From NCBI RefSeq assembly GCF_018977255.1, contig NW_024704743.1:34908001-34972000 (forward strand): DNA of 64,000 nucleotides, given 5' to 3'. This document shows positions 12,030 to 25,380 of the stretch, piece by piece. Under the pieces are notes generated by a model. It ran no database searches. It was not told the origin of the DNA and saw only the letters and a program-made list of their open reading frames with translations. Source of the stretch: Callorhinchus milii (lineage: Eukaryota). Each line of letters starts with the position of its first letter. Within the stretch, counting starts at the first letter, position 1. Made by a program: the position numbers and the translations under genes.

Positions 12030-14153
12030 AAAATCCTCTCCTACCTTCATCTCTGACATCTCCACTCTCTTTGCTTCCCTGTGCCTCTGCTCCGACTGCC
12101 TCATCATCCTAGGCAACTTGAACCTCCACTTCACCCACTCCTGCTCCATCTCCTCAGACTTCTATCCTCTCTCAACCTCTCCCTCCACATCCACTCTACT
12201 ACCCACACTCACGGTCACCCGCTTGACCTCGTGATTACCCGGGGCCTCAGTGTCTCGGATGTCACCATCACTGACAAGGCCATCACTGACCACCATTTCA
12301 TCTCCCTCAACTCCCATATCCCTCTCCCCACTGCCTCCAAACCTACCATCAACTTCTACCGCTCGTGGAATAAGATCTCCCCACAATCACTCTCCGCTGC
12401 CCTGGAGTCCTCTGATCTCTTCCCCCTCTGGCCCACCCACTCGCCGCACTCACTCTTCTCCACAGCACCCTCTCCACCACACTTGATGTCCTTGCCCTCC
12501 TCACCTCCCGAACTGCCTCCTATTCCCGATCCTCACCCTGGTTCACCAGCCAGCTCTGCTTGCTTAAGGGCCAGAGGCGGTCTGCCGAACGCACTTGGCT
12601 TAAATCAGGCCTAACGGTCCACCGCCATATCTGGCTGGATCTCATCAAGAACTACCGCTCCGCTCTCGCCTCAGCCAAATCATCCTTCTTTTCCAGGTTA
12701 ATCCTGGAGGCGAAAGGCAATCCCAGGATCCTGTTCTCCACCACTAACCAGCTCCTCCGCCCTCCCTGCCACACCTCACAGATACTTTACTCTGACTGCC
12801 ACTGCAAGAAAATTCTTCGCTCTTTCCTCTCCTCTCACTCCCTCCATGAACCCCTCCAATCGGGTTGAAACTTCTCTGGTCAAGGTCACAAACGACATCC
12901 TGACCATGTGTGACCAGAGCTTCCTCTGCCTCCTCGTCCTCTCCGCCACCTTTAACACTGTGGACCACTCAATCCTCCTCCTCCGTCTCTCCTCCCACCT
13001 CAACCTTCAAGGTTCTGTCCTTGACTGGTTCAGGTCCTACCTCTCACACCGCCTCCACTTCATCTCAGCAAATGGCTTCTCCTCCAGCCCCCGCACTGTC
13101 TCGTGCAGTGTTCCTCTGGGCTCTGTCCTCGGTCTCCTCCTCTTCACCCTTTACATGCTCCCCCTTGGTAACGTTATCCGCAGACATGGGGCAAATTTCC
13201 ACACATATGTGGATGACACCCAACTCTACCTCTCTGCCTCCACTCTGAACTCCAGGACTACTGAGGTCCTGACCGACTGCCTGTCCGACATCAAGTCCTG
13301 GACGAGGGCCAACTTTCTCCAACTCAACGTCAGCAAGACCGAGGCGCTCCTGATTGGCTCACGCCAGTGCCTCCATACCTCAGGCGCTGGCAGCATCAGC
13401 CTCCACGGCTACACACTCAACCTCACTAAGCCAGTCTGGAACCTGGGTGTCTTGTTTGACCCTGAACTGTCCTTTCTCCCCCACATCCGTCCCATGACCG
13501 GTACTGCCTACCACCACCTCCGCAACATTGCCAGACTCCACCACTGCCTCACCCCTCAGGCTGCCAAAACCCTCACCCACACATTCGTCACCTCAAGGCT
13601 CGATTACTCCCTCCTCATCAGCCCTCCCAACTCTTCTCTTCACAAGCTGCAGATCATCCAAAACTCTGCAGCTCATGTACTCTCAAACACCAGGCTCCGT
13701 GACCCCATCACTCCCACCCTCGCCCGACTCCACTGGCTCTCCACACCTCAGAGGATTGAGTTTAAGATCCTCATCCTCACCTTTAAGGCCATCCATGGTC
13801 TTGCCCCCTCCAATCTCTCTGACCTGCTGACTCCCTACCAACTTGCCCGCTCCCTCCGTTCATCAGGCTCCGGCCTGCTCCATGTCTCCCGCCCTACCAT
13901 CAGTGACCTCTCTGCCCCCACACTCTGGAACTCCATCCCACGATCGCTTCGCTTTCTCCCTTGCCTCCTTCAAGGCCAGTCTCAAGACCCTTCTTTTTGA
14001 CCGTGCCTTTGGTCTCCCTCCCACCTCTCTGCCTTCTCTCACCCCTACACCACCCCTCCCCCATGCTCGGGCTCCAACACCTGACTGTTCAGCGCTTTGG
14101 GACGTCCTCCCGATGTGAAAGGCGCTCTGTATGTGTAATTTTGTTGTTGTTGT
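12030..14153 (+). mobile_element. L2 LINE, internally deleted (EN end, RT, 3' tail)
   Basis: GHPLDLVIT and TDH (endonuclease), ETSLVKVTND, GSVLG, YVDDTQLY, SRLDY, and GGGACGTCCTCCCGATGTGAAAGGCGC...(TTG)n tail. Confidence 0.92.
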
Positions 14154-15714
14154 CATCTCACTCCCAGATGGCTCTGTGAATCTCTTGAGATGCCTTTCAC
14201 ATCTTTCCGACGTGAAGGGCACTATACAAGTGTTGAGACAACCTTCCAATGTGAAAGGTAATATAAAAATGTAAAATTATTGTTGTTGTAGTAGTATCAT
14301 AATTTCAATGAGTTCACAAAAATACTTGACCAGCAGCAAGACAAAATACTCTCAAACATCTTCTGGACATTACACTGCCCCTGATGTTGGGCATTTAAAT
14401 GGCAAATGTATTTCAACAAGACATTAATAAATTTGTTGAATGGGCATTTAAATGGCAAATGCATTTCAATGTGTGAGGTGGTACATTTTGGTAGAAGGAA
14501 TAAGTAAGTCACACACATCCTGGAAAATAAAAACTTAAATGGGGTAGAGGAGCAAAGGGACCAGGGGTACACATACACAATTCATTAAAAGTAGCCCTTC
14601 ACACGGGACAGCGTCTGAGCACTGAACAATGGTGGAACCTGACAACGAGAAGTTATCAAGACATTCATTCATTCTTGAACAAAGCTTACCAGAGATCCAC
14701 AGAAGTTTCATGTACTCAACTGCATTACCTTCAAAATCTGGAAAGATTATTGACTTCAAAGCAAAAATCAGCACATAAGCTTCAATTAATCAAATGTTGA
14801 TCTTTAATTTCTGGCAGATGGCTAAAACTACCATTTTATTTTCTCTCAATATGATCTGTACTTCTGTTTTAAGCTATACTTTATACGAAAGCTTTTTTCT
14901 ATTAGATTTTGTTATTTTTTTTATTGTTCTCCATTAATTAGCAATAATTGAAAGTACAGAAATTAGTCAAATTTAAAGCAAAAGTAGTTTTTAAACTTTT
15001 TTTTAACTCACACCTGGCTGTAATTACATACCCAATAGTTGGGCACAATAACATTAATGGTACTTTTAAAAAAGGAAGCAACAATATGAATGTTTTCTTT
15101 ACTTTCAGTTTGTAGTAAAAAACAATCGCATCCCATCACATATCTTGGCAGACTGTGCTGAATCTTCCTGACAGTAACATGTATGGGGTATTGCAAACTT
15201 TTGAAGCCCTTCAAAACAAATTAATATGGGTTTTCTATGAAAACAGTATATTTAATGTTTCTTTACTCAATTCTAGATAGAATTTTAAATTGAAGAAAAT
15301 ATATGTTGAATTTCTATTCTGTTGCTGAGCTCTCAGACATGCTGCCATTGTATAAATGCAAGTTGTTGTCGTAAATGTCAATCCAGCCATTAATGTATGG
15401 CACTGTTACTGCTTTTTCTGTACAGTGCTTCTCTAGCACCATGCTTTCCAGGCACATTTTCACTAGCTATTTTCCATCAAAACTTAGAATGTGTCACAGC
15501 TATTGTTTTAAGCTGCATGTCTTTTTCCCCTTCCCAATTCTGGATCTCACCTAGGAAGGCTGAATTTGAAATTGATCTGGGAAGTTTAAAGACTAGTTAA
15601 AGCTGTGATGTTTGATATATGCGATTTTGATAAGAAAGCAGAGACTGTACATTCACGATTAAGTTTCATATAAATGCATATTATGATTATTTTCCACATC
15701 CCATGTGTCCAACT

Positions 15715-16620
15715 TCATCTTGAGTACTGCATACAGTTCTGGTCACCACAACACAAACTGGCTGCCCAGGCTCTAGAGTTAGTGGAGAGAGCAACGAGGA
15801 TGATCCTCAGTGCAGAGCAATGAGCTATGAGCTCGCTAGCGACTTCATTAGACAAGCTAGGGCTCTTCAATCTTGAGAGAAGACAACTTAGAGAGGGACC
15901 TCATGGAAGTGTCCAAAATTTTCACTGGGATTGAAAAAGTGAAACCAAACAATACAAAACATAGGTATAGAATTTTAAAGAGCAATTTCAGGAGATTTTC
16001 CAGGATATTTTTCTTTACTCAGAGTGTTATTAATGACTCGAACAGTTGCTGGTAAAGATGGTAGGGACCAGGACATAACTCATTTAAAAAGCAACTTGAT
16101 GCTGTGTTTGGGTGGTGGGGGGAGAGAAAGAAGAGAGGAAACAGTAGTGTTCTGCAAGAATAAGATTGGATGGGTTGAATGGCCTTCTTCACCCAAACCA
16201 ATGTTGTGATATCAGAGATGGTGTGTGGAATATAAATACATTCTTAATGAAGCTAAAGAATTGCTTCTTAAACCTTTTCCTTGTCCTGCCCATCCCATGA
16301 AAATAAATACAAAGTGTGACAAAACATTTGACAAGAAAAAAGACTGAAAAAGTAAACACAGAACAATACTTTAGAATCTACCAAGACAGTAAAACAAGAG
16401 GACGTAGGTTTAGAGTTGCAAAGAGAAATTTCAAGACAGACACCAGGAAGTTTTTCTTTACTCAGGTAATTAATAACTGGAACCAGTTGTCAGGAAGGGT
16501 GGTTGTGGTCAGGGCTTATTTAAAATACAGCTTGATGCTGTGATGAGAAGACGGTAAGGTGGGTGTTCTGCAGGGATGAAATCAGATAAGTCAAAGGGCC
16601 TTCTTCTTCCAAACTAATCC
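15715..16620 (+). mobile_element. Two old CR1 3' fragments
   Basis: LEYCIQFWSP, FFFTQ(S)VIN.WN motifs; similar CR1 pieces at ~5030-5240 (-), ~14385-14580 (+), ~19990-20180 (+), ~23410-23610 (-), ~27095-27405 (-), ~35140-35460 (-), ~41485-41700 (+), ~60230-60550 (+) and ~62620-62730 (+). Confidence 0.8.
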
Positions 16621-17599
16621 TGTCGCCTTCAATTTTGTGGCCACTTTTGCACAAATTAAGATTTGTACATTCAGCTTCCTCCCTGCCATGGTTGGTTCCA
16701 GCTTTGTTCCCTGTCTGACCCACTCAAGTTATCCTAGTTACACAGGCACAACTAAATAATTTTTACTCCAACTGGCTGCCAAATGACTGCCAGCCCAAAC
16801 CGCTTCTAAAAAAACCTCCCAGCCCAACCCGCTCCCCCTTGGCTTAGCTCCCAATCTGAATACTTCTAGCAACAACCTGGAGAGATCCCCGCAACAGAAA
16901 TTTAAATTTACTTTGCAGATTCCCACGAACACAGCACAAATTAAAAGTACCTTATCACATCAGGAAGTCTCAAAGTACTTCACAAGGAATTACTATAAAG
17001 TGTAGCAACTCCTTTTCCTTATCAATACGCTACCATTTGGTTACATCATCCAAAAGCACAGGGTCAACTTCTACATGTACGCCAATGACACCCAAATACA
17101 TGTCTGTTTCTAATCTCAATTCCAGGGCAGTTACCCTCCCCACCCACCCCGCAAGGAGGACAGATAGAAGAGTGTTCCGGAGTTTTGGGGCGCAGTGGCT
17201 CAGAAGGCCCTAGCCCTCTTCATGTCACCTACCTTACCCATCCTACAATCAACAGTGGGGTTTTTGGCCTATCCACTCCCATTCTCTGGAATTCCATCCG
17301 GGAGTCTCTCTGACTCGCTCCCTCGCTCACTTCTTTCAAGGTCTGGCTCAAGACCTACCTCTTTGCCTTTGGTCATTTTTTCCCTCCCCCAATGGTTTCC
17401 AATCCCAGCTGGGGCGCCCGGACTGTTAAGTGCTTTGGAACGTTCTCCCATTGTGAAAAGCGCTTTATAAATATAAATTTGTATTGTCTTGTCTTGCTGC
17501 AGCTGAAAGCATTGTTCTTAGGTTGATTTCTAAATCCCATTTAAAATCTTATACATCACCCCCCCGCCCCCCACCCATCCCAATATGCCCTTCCACCCC

Positions 17600-18625
17600 A
17601 CCCAGGCCTTCTCCCTCTGCCATGGCTCCTGCCACTCCCCCCTCCTTACACTCCTTTGCCCCCATTTCTCCCTCCTCCCTCTCAACCACAATCACCCGGA
17701 TGAAGTTCACCACCTGCTATCTCAATCCCCTTCCCACCCAGCTGCTGGTCACTCAACTCCTTCCTGCTGGCCGACACGGTCAACCAGTCTCTCTCCTCAG
17801 GCTCTGTTCCATTCCCCCTGAAAACTGCTGTCATCACCCTCCTCCTCAAAAAACCCACCCTTGATCCCTCTAATCTCTCACACTATTGTCCCATCTCCAA
17901 TCTACCCTTCCTTGACAAAGTCCTGTAATGCATTGTTGCAGGTCAACTTCAGTACCACCTCTCCCTACCCTCCCTTCTCGAGCCCCTGCAGTCTGGTTTT
18001 CGCCCTGCCCACAGCACAGACAGCAATTTTCCAAGTCACTAATGACATTCGCTCTATCTGTGACCAGGGCTCCCTCTGCCTCCTTGTCCTCCTGGATATC
18101 TCTGCCGCATTTGACACAGTCGACCCAGCCAGGCTCCTTCATCAGCTCTCCTTCTTCATCTACCTTAGTTGGACCACACTCTCGTGGTTCGAGTCCTACT
18201 TAACCAACCGCTCAATTTCATCTCAGCAAATGGTTTCTCCTCCCGCCCCCACCTGATCACCTGTGGGGTACCCCAGGGCTTCATTCCTTGGCCCTCTTTT
18301 TCTCCTTATCTATATGGTCCCATGGGGTGATGTAATTCGCAGACACGGGGTAAACTTCCACATGTATAACACACAAATCTATTTTTCCTCCTCCAGTACC
18401 AATTCCAGGTCCACCGATGTTCTATCAGCTTGTCTGGCAGACATCAGGGCCTGGATGAGTATAAGTTTCCTCCAGCTGAATATGGACAAGGCGGAAGCCA
18501 TACTCCTTGCCTCCCGACAATGTCTTCGTTCCTGCAGATCTAAACTCCTCAACTTCCCTGAGTTCTCCCTCAGACTCACCGAACCAGTGTGCAACCTGGG
18601 TATCCGGTTCGACCCCTAGCTGTCC
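17600..18625 (+). mobile_element. L2 LINE RT fragment
   Basis: [31 protein letters not shown]; frameshifted. A smaller L2 piece lies at ~17010-17480. Confidence 0.88.
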
Positions 18626-18639
18626 TTCGTCCCCACATC

Positions 18640-19890
18640 GGTCCCGGGATGGAGTTCCAGAGGGTGGGAGCAGAGTGGCAGAAGGCCCACCCGCCAATAG
18701 TGGGGCGAGCGAGGCAGGGAATGTGAAGCATGCCGGGGTCCGGTGAGCGGAGGGAGCGAGCAGGATGGTAGGGGGATAGGAGGTTGCAGAGGTAGGGGGA
18801 GCAAGACCACAGCGGGATTTGAAGGTGAAGACCAGGATCTTGAACTGTATCCTTCATGTGATGGGAAGCCAGTGAAGTCGGGCGAGGATGTGAGTGATAG
18901 GATCACATTGCCTGGTGTGGGAGAGGACACGGGCAGCAGAGTTCTGGATGATCTGCAGCCTATGGAGGGAGGAGTTGGGGAGGCTGCAAGCAATAAGTTT
19001 GGATAGTCAAGCCTTGATGTAATGAAAGCATGCATGAGGGTTTCGGCGGTCTGTGGAAGTGGGGGAAGGTAGAGCGGGTCATGGCGCAGATGTGAGGTAG
19101 AAAGAATAGTTGAGGGTCAAACAAGACCCCAAGGTTCCAGACTGGCTTAGCAAGGTGGAGTGTGCAACCATGGATGGTGATGCTGTCAGCGCCTGAGGTG
19201 AATATGCTGACGGGAGCCAATTCAGGAGCCTCGGTCTTGTTGACCTTCAACTGAAGAAAGTTAGCTCTCATCCAGGACTTGATGTCCGACAGACATTCTG
19301 TCAAGACAGCAGTGGTCCTGGAGTCAAGGATGGAGGCAGAGAGGTAGAGTTGGGTGTCATCCAGATACATGTCGAAGTTGACCCCATGTCTGCAGATGAT
19401 GTCACCAAGAGGGAGTATATAGATATTGAAGAGCCCTGAGGAACGCCGCACGAGACGTTGTGGGGACTAGAGGAGAAACTGTTTGTGAAGATGAAATGGA
19501 GGCGATTGGTGCGAGAGGTACGATCTGAACCAGTCAAGGACAGAGCCATGAAGGTTGGGTGAGGAGAGGCGTTGGATGAGGATAGAATGGTTGATGGTGT
19601 CGAAGACAGCAGAGAGGTCAAGGAGGACGAGGAGGCAGATGGACAGAATGTCACTTGCCACTTTGACCAGAGCTGTTTCTGTGCTGTAGGCGGCATGCAA
19701 ACCCGATTGGAGCAGTCTGTGAAGGGAGCGGCGGGAGAGGAAGGAGTGAAGCTGGGGAGCAACAACTCATTCCAGGACCTTGGAGAGGAAAGGGAGGTTG
19801 GAGATGGGGTGGTAGTTTGGGAGTAGAGGTGGGTCCTGGGAGGGTTCTTTTAAGGATAGGAGTGATGACGGCAGTTTTTAAATGGGGTGT
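18640..19890 (-). mobile_element. L2 LINE RT fragment, opposite orientation
   Basis: [39 protein letters not shown]. Confidence 0.9.
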
Positions 19891-20599
19891 ATGGACAGGC
19901 AGTCATTTATGATGGAAAAGTTAAGAGGGAGGTTAGTGGAATGGAAGGAAAATAAAAAATAATAAAATGTGTTGGTCAGAGGATTATAATAACATGTAAT
20001 GTTATACCAGAAGAAAAGCCACAAAAATATTGAAAGGGAGCTGGATACATAGTTAAAGGCAAACTATATATTAAAAAAATGAGGAAAGCTCAGAAAATTA
20101 GTTAGAGTATATACTCTCTGAGAACTAATAAACTTGATCGGCCAAATGCTTCTATCTGTGCTGTATTTCTATGATTCTATAAACACTTCCATTTCAATTA
20201 GACACCTATTTTTTTATTCCAAACTAATGGTTTTCCTCTTTGCTCGCTGTAAAAGCTTCAAGGTAAAATGTGTTTCAAAAGTTCCTGGTATTTATCGCTT
20301 CAAATTAAACTCTCTTAAAATCTGCATTGGTGAATATTCAGAAAACAGGGAGTTTAGGAACGATAATAATGTGATAGAACACCAATAATGTTGAAACATC
20401 TCAAGGGACTCACAGAAAATTGCTTTCAAATATAATGACTATTTGTGGGACCTTGCTTGCTCAATTTGTCTACAAACACCTATGAATGACCAATTTATCT
20501 GAGACAGATGGGAACTCAGTTTAAGTCCCATCAAAACAGCACGTCGGACATTGTAATGCTCCCCCACATTACACCAGAGTGCATAAGATCAAAGGTCTT

Positions 20600-21190
20600 T
20601 CATTACGTCCAGGCTTGACTACTCTAACTCCCTGCTAACCGGACTTTCCAACTCTTTCCTCCACAAGCTGCAGTTTAATCAGACCTCTGCAGCTCGTGTC
20701 CTCTCCCTCACTAAGCTCCATGAGCCAATCACCCCCATTCTTGCCCAACTTCACTGGCTCTCCATCCCCCAGAGGATCAAGTTCAAGATCCTCATCCTCA
20801 CATTTAAAGACTTCTACGATCTTTATCCTCCCTACCTCTGTGATCTACCAAAGGTTTACAATCTGTCTGCTCCTTCTGTTCGGCGGACACTGCCTGGTCC
20901 ACATCCCCCGCCCTGCCTACTCCACCATCAGCGGTTGGGCATTCAGCCTTTCTGCCCCCATCCTCTGGAAATCCATCCCGGAATCCCTCCGTCTTGCACC
21001 CTCCCTTGCCTCCTTCAAGGCCCATCTCAAGACCTTCCTCTTCAACTGGGCCTTCGGTCATCTTCCCACCCCACCCATCTTACCTCCATCCCTTGATTAC
21101 AACCTCCAGCTCGGGTGCAAACCCTTCGCTGTCCAGCGACATGGGACATCCTGCCAATGTGAAATGCTACCTAAATGCAATTTGTTGTTG
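20600..21190 (+). mobile_element. L2 LINE 3' fragment
   Basis: SRLDYSN...LWKSIPESLRLAPSLASFKAHLKTFLF and (TTG)n tail. Confidence 0.87.
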
Positions 21191-21449
21191 TGTAAATTTT
21201 ACAAATTATGGCTGTTTGTGAGACATTGCTGTGTGCAAATTGGCTGCGCTGTTTGTCCTCAAAACACAGCCACTGCACTATATATCTTGTGAAGCGTTTT
21301 GTAATGTTCTCTTGACCAAGACTGCACTAGCAAATGTAAGGATTATTATTTACTCTGTTAACCGAATTTTTACCTTTTCCATATTTTTTCCCTCCCATTC
21401 TTCCCAGAGCAGCATTGACTATGGCTGTGTGTGTCACCACAGCCTATTC

Positions 21450-21783
21450 GGAGTCCTGTAGCTCAGTGGTTAGAGCACTCGCTTTGCAAGTGAGAGATCT
21501 GAGTTCAATTCCAGGCAGAGGGCGAAACCTTGGGCAAGTTTCCTTACTCCACACACCTAATAATAATCCCTCCAAAAAAAACCAAAAACAATAATAAATT
21601 GGTCATTTTCAATCTACGACTGTTTGTGGGACATTGCTGTGCGCAATTGGCTGCCGCGTTCGCCCAGAAATATACAGTCAATTCACTTTACAGTGTGTTC
21701 TGTGAAGCGCTGTGGGACGTCCTCCCGACGTGAAAAGCGCTATATCAAATGCAAGGATTATTATATTATTATATTATTATTAC
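21450..21783 (+). mobile_element. Young tRNA-derived SINE (same family)
   Basis: Full-length copy from GGAGTCCTGTAGCTCAG to GCAAGG(ATT)n. Confidence 0.93.
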
Positions 21784-22309
21784 TCCGTTTTCTGAATTTT
21801 TCCATTCCTCTACCTTTATTCCCACGCTAATGTATTGTTATAGTTATTCATGATTATGGATAGCACATTCACTTCTCCATTATACAAAAGTTGTATATAT
21901 TTAAAAATATCGCTTTTCTTTAAGAAACACCATGGTCCTAATAGATTTGTGGGTTTGCAAGTGTAGCAGTAAGCGAAACAGACTAACAGGAACAGCTTCA
22001 GTTCCCAGTCTGTGCTGAATTAGTTACTCTCAGTTAGGGTAGCAATTGGATTACTATAATTAGCCTTAGTGTCCCTAGCCTCGGGAAGAAAGAGGTGGAA
22101 AATGCATTAGGTTTCCTGGCTTTAATTGCTATTCCTTTTGCACATTATGAGTATCGGGAGAGAACAGGATTCCCTTCACTGTCACAAATTTGCTAACATT
22201 CACTGCTTGGATCACCATTTGAGAACAGTCATGTGTGGACCTGTACCCCACCAAGAAGTTAGGATCTTCAGGCAAAGAGGGACAAGATAGGCAAAAAAAA
22301 CAACTACTA

Positions 22310-23040
22310 CCACCACCACCACCAACAAATTGCTTTGTGTCAGGAGGAAGATCCAAGACAGGGCACTGGACATTCGATGGTTTGTAGCCAAACTGGGGAT
22401 TAGATTTGAAGGGAGTGGGCACCATGGGGGTGGAGATGAGAAGATGACCAAAGGCGCGATGAAATAGGAAGGTTTTGAGAAACACCGTTAAAGGAGGTGA
22501 GGGAGGGGGTAAGGAGAAGTGACTCCAGGATGGAGTTCAGAGGGTGGGGGGAGATAGGCTGAAAGTCTGACTCATGATGGTGGAACAGACATAGAACAGT
22601 TAAATATCTGGATGGAGTGAGCAGGTTGGTAAGGTTTTAAAAGATCATGGAGATAGGGTGGGGCAAGACCATGGAGGGCATTAAAAGTGAAGATAAGGAA
22701 CTTGAACGCAATTGTCTGAGGGATGGGGAGCCAGTGGAGCTGGACGAGGATAGGTGTAATAGGCTCCTGGAGCCTGGTGCATAAAAGAAAATGAGCTCCA
22801 TGAGTTCTGAATGGTTTGTAACTTGTGGAGGGAAGAGTTGGGAAGTCATGCGAGCAGAGAGTTGGCAATATGAAGTGTGGATGTGACAAAAGAATGGAAA
22901 AGCGTCTTGGCAGCCCGAGGGGAGAGATAGAGTGGTGGATGCAGGCTATGTTGCGCGGGTGAGGAGGCTGAAGGGGTCAAGGCACAGGCTTAGGATTTAC
23001 AGCTGAGAGTTGAACAAAACCAGAAGTTCTGCACTGGCTC
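22310..23040 (-). mobile_element. L2 LINE 3' fragment
   Basis: [37 protein letters not shown]. Confidence 0.85.
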
Positions 23041-23914
23041 CATGAAGTGAAAATAAATAATTTGGACACTCAATCCGTGACTGTTTGTGGGATACTATCG
23101 TGCACAATTGGCTGCCGCATTTCGCCCACAAAATATATAGTCAATTCACTTTGCAGTAAATTCTGTGAAGCCTTTGAGACGTCTCAACGATGCGATAAGG
23201 TGCTATCTCAAATGCAAGGATTTATATATATATTAATATAAGTGGAGTGTCTATCCATGTAGATTGATGCGATCAATGTCTGAAGTGAGAATGCACCTCT
23301 TTGAATAGGATTCTGAGATCTGTAACATTCAGCTGAGAATAGGCAGCCAGGACTTGGCTTTTAACACCGAAATGATAGCACTGCACTGGAGTGTCAGCCT
23401 TGACTAGAATCATAGAATTATATAGCACAGAAGGAGGTCACTTGGCCCATCTGTCTGTGCTGGCTCTTTGAAAAGAGCTATCCAATTCAATCCCACTACC
23501 CCCCCCTGCAAACTTGTTTTCCCCAAATAATTATTTACGTCTCTCTTAAAAGTTGTTATCGAATCGGCTTTCACCACCCTTTCAGATAATGCATTCCAGG
23601 AGCTCAAGTCCTGTCAGGAGAAGAGAAACCACAAAATCATACCCAAAGCAAGAGTGTTAACAATTGAGCCGTACTGTGGTATAGTGCATATCAGTTGTAA
23701 TAAAAAAAAACTGGTAAAACTCAGGAAGCTATCACGGAAGAACACTCATCTTACGTTTTTCAGGATATCCCCCTCGACTTAAAAAGGGGAAATCAAGCAA
23801 TGGAAAAATAAATCACAAACTAATTTCATATGTGCATCACATAACTAAAATAATTTGAAAATTAATCTAATTGTTGTTAAAATATTATAATAATAAATAA
23901 TAATGCTTACATTT

Positions 23915-25380
23915 GTTTTTTCTGTGAGCCAGGTGTCTGACACACAGAAAATCATCAACATGTAATCAAACCAAACAGTGGTTTATTCCACCTATATATT
24001 GAAATGCTAGAGATGTTTATTGGAATGCACACTCTTTCCCTGGAGAGACAAATCCTGCTTACCTAATTCCAGAAAGTATTAGGCCTAAGTTGGTAAAAGC
24101 CAAAGCTTGGGCCCCTAAAGTATGCATTGGGGGTACTGCTGGAGTTTAACCATGGACTTTAAAAGTACATGGATTGCCATTGGGAGCAGTGATTGCTAAG
24201 CTTTCCAGCTGCTTGTCCAGCTAGTACCACCCTACACTTTAGGGCTTGCAGGGTAATGGAAGCTGAGTGTCCCTGTCCTCATTGACTGGTCTGCCCTTCC
24301 AAGTCTTGCCAATGAGCCAACCTTGCTGTGCTGTTATCAGCAGTGTCCTGGAATACTGTGAACGTGCCTGGCTGAGGAACTGGACTGCCACGGAAAGCTG
24401 GCTCAATTCTGACATTCTGATGCCAAACATGTCACCTTGGAGCCAGTTCAGCTCCAAGAAGACCCCACTTACCTCATCCTCAAGGAGGATAGTCAAGAGT
24501 TGGTCATTTGACATCCGACAAGTATTGATTTGAGCTCTCACTAGGTGGATAATAGGTTCCAGGAACTCCCTGCAAGCTTCATGGTAGGCAACACAACTCT
24601 ACATGAAGTCTGCGAGAGCATTGGCACCATCTTCCTGTCCGCAGCTCAGGCGCATGTCCTTTCCTATTTGAGCGATGGTTCCACCAGTTGGAGGTGTGAA
24701 GCTTAATCAACAGTTGCTTGCCTCTCTGCAAAACAATCAGGTGGATTCCAGGTGCTGGATGCACAAACATGTGTTCACAAAATCGGACGCCAGGCAACGC
24801 CTTCCAGCAGCTGTTTCCCAAACCTCAGAGTTTCCTCATCAGCTATCTGGTACACATCTGCCTTCAGTTTGGTGGGAGGATTTATACACGACAGCTTATG
24901 ACATGTAGCCATCTTGATGTTCTCTTTATCCAAATCCAATGCCATGTACCAGTCTTATTCAGCACCAGGTGCTTAATCCAGATCCTCATGGGAATGCCTT
25001 GGGAAATAGACATGTCCACTGTGGAGATGACTCTGCCTCCAGCATGCTTAGCGACAGGTCGGTGTAGGCTGAAGCCCTCCTTCCCTGCAGCCGTTTGCCA
25101 CAAAACTACCTTACTACTTGATCTAGACTGCAAATGTGCCAGAGGAAGCCCCTCCCCTGCATCCCTAAGAGCTCTAACCATAATGGAGTGCTGTTTGCCC
25201 ACAGGTTTCATATGCCTTAAGCTTGACCTGCATTGGGACTTTGCTGTCTTTGAAGAGAGACGAGTACAACCAGAGGCTGAATAAGAAAGTTGAGGGATCA
25301 AGCCCAGTTTGTAATTTTGAACACATAATCTAGGTTGATACTCCAAAGCAGTACTGGGTGTCTGCAGGATTTTTGGGGAT
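23915..25380 (-). mobile_element. Degenerate LINE ORF2 C-terminus plus 3' UTR (RTE-X-like family)
   Basis: Frameshifted minus-strand translation resembles KLxTSN...KRxC..C.qED....F...C.AY....REFL, a C-terminal cysteine-rich motif; homologous fragments at ~26410-26600 (-), ~33500-34010 (-), ~32950-33120 (+) and ~53930-54465 (+). Clade assignment is tentative. Confidence 0.65.

Noticed and set aside
12846..14000. 384-aa reverse transcriptase ORF as a novel RT system or host gene
   Set aside because: It is an L2 LINE remnant with internal deletions, a frameshifted end and the standard L2 tail; the same applies to the 347-aa ORF at 52507-53550.
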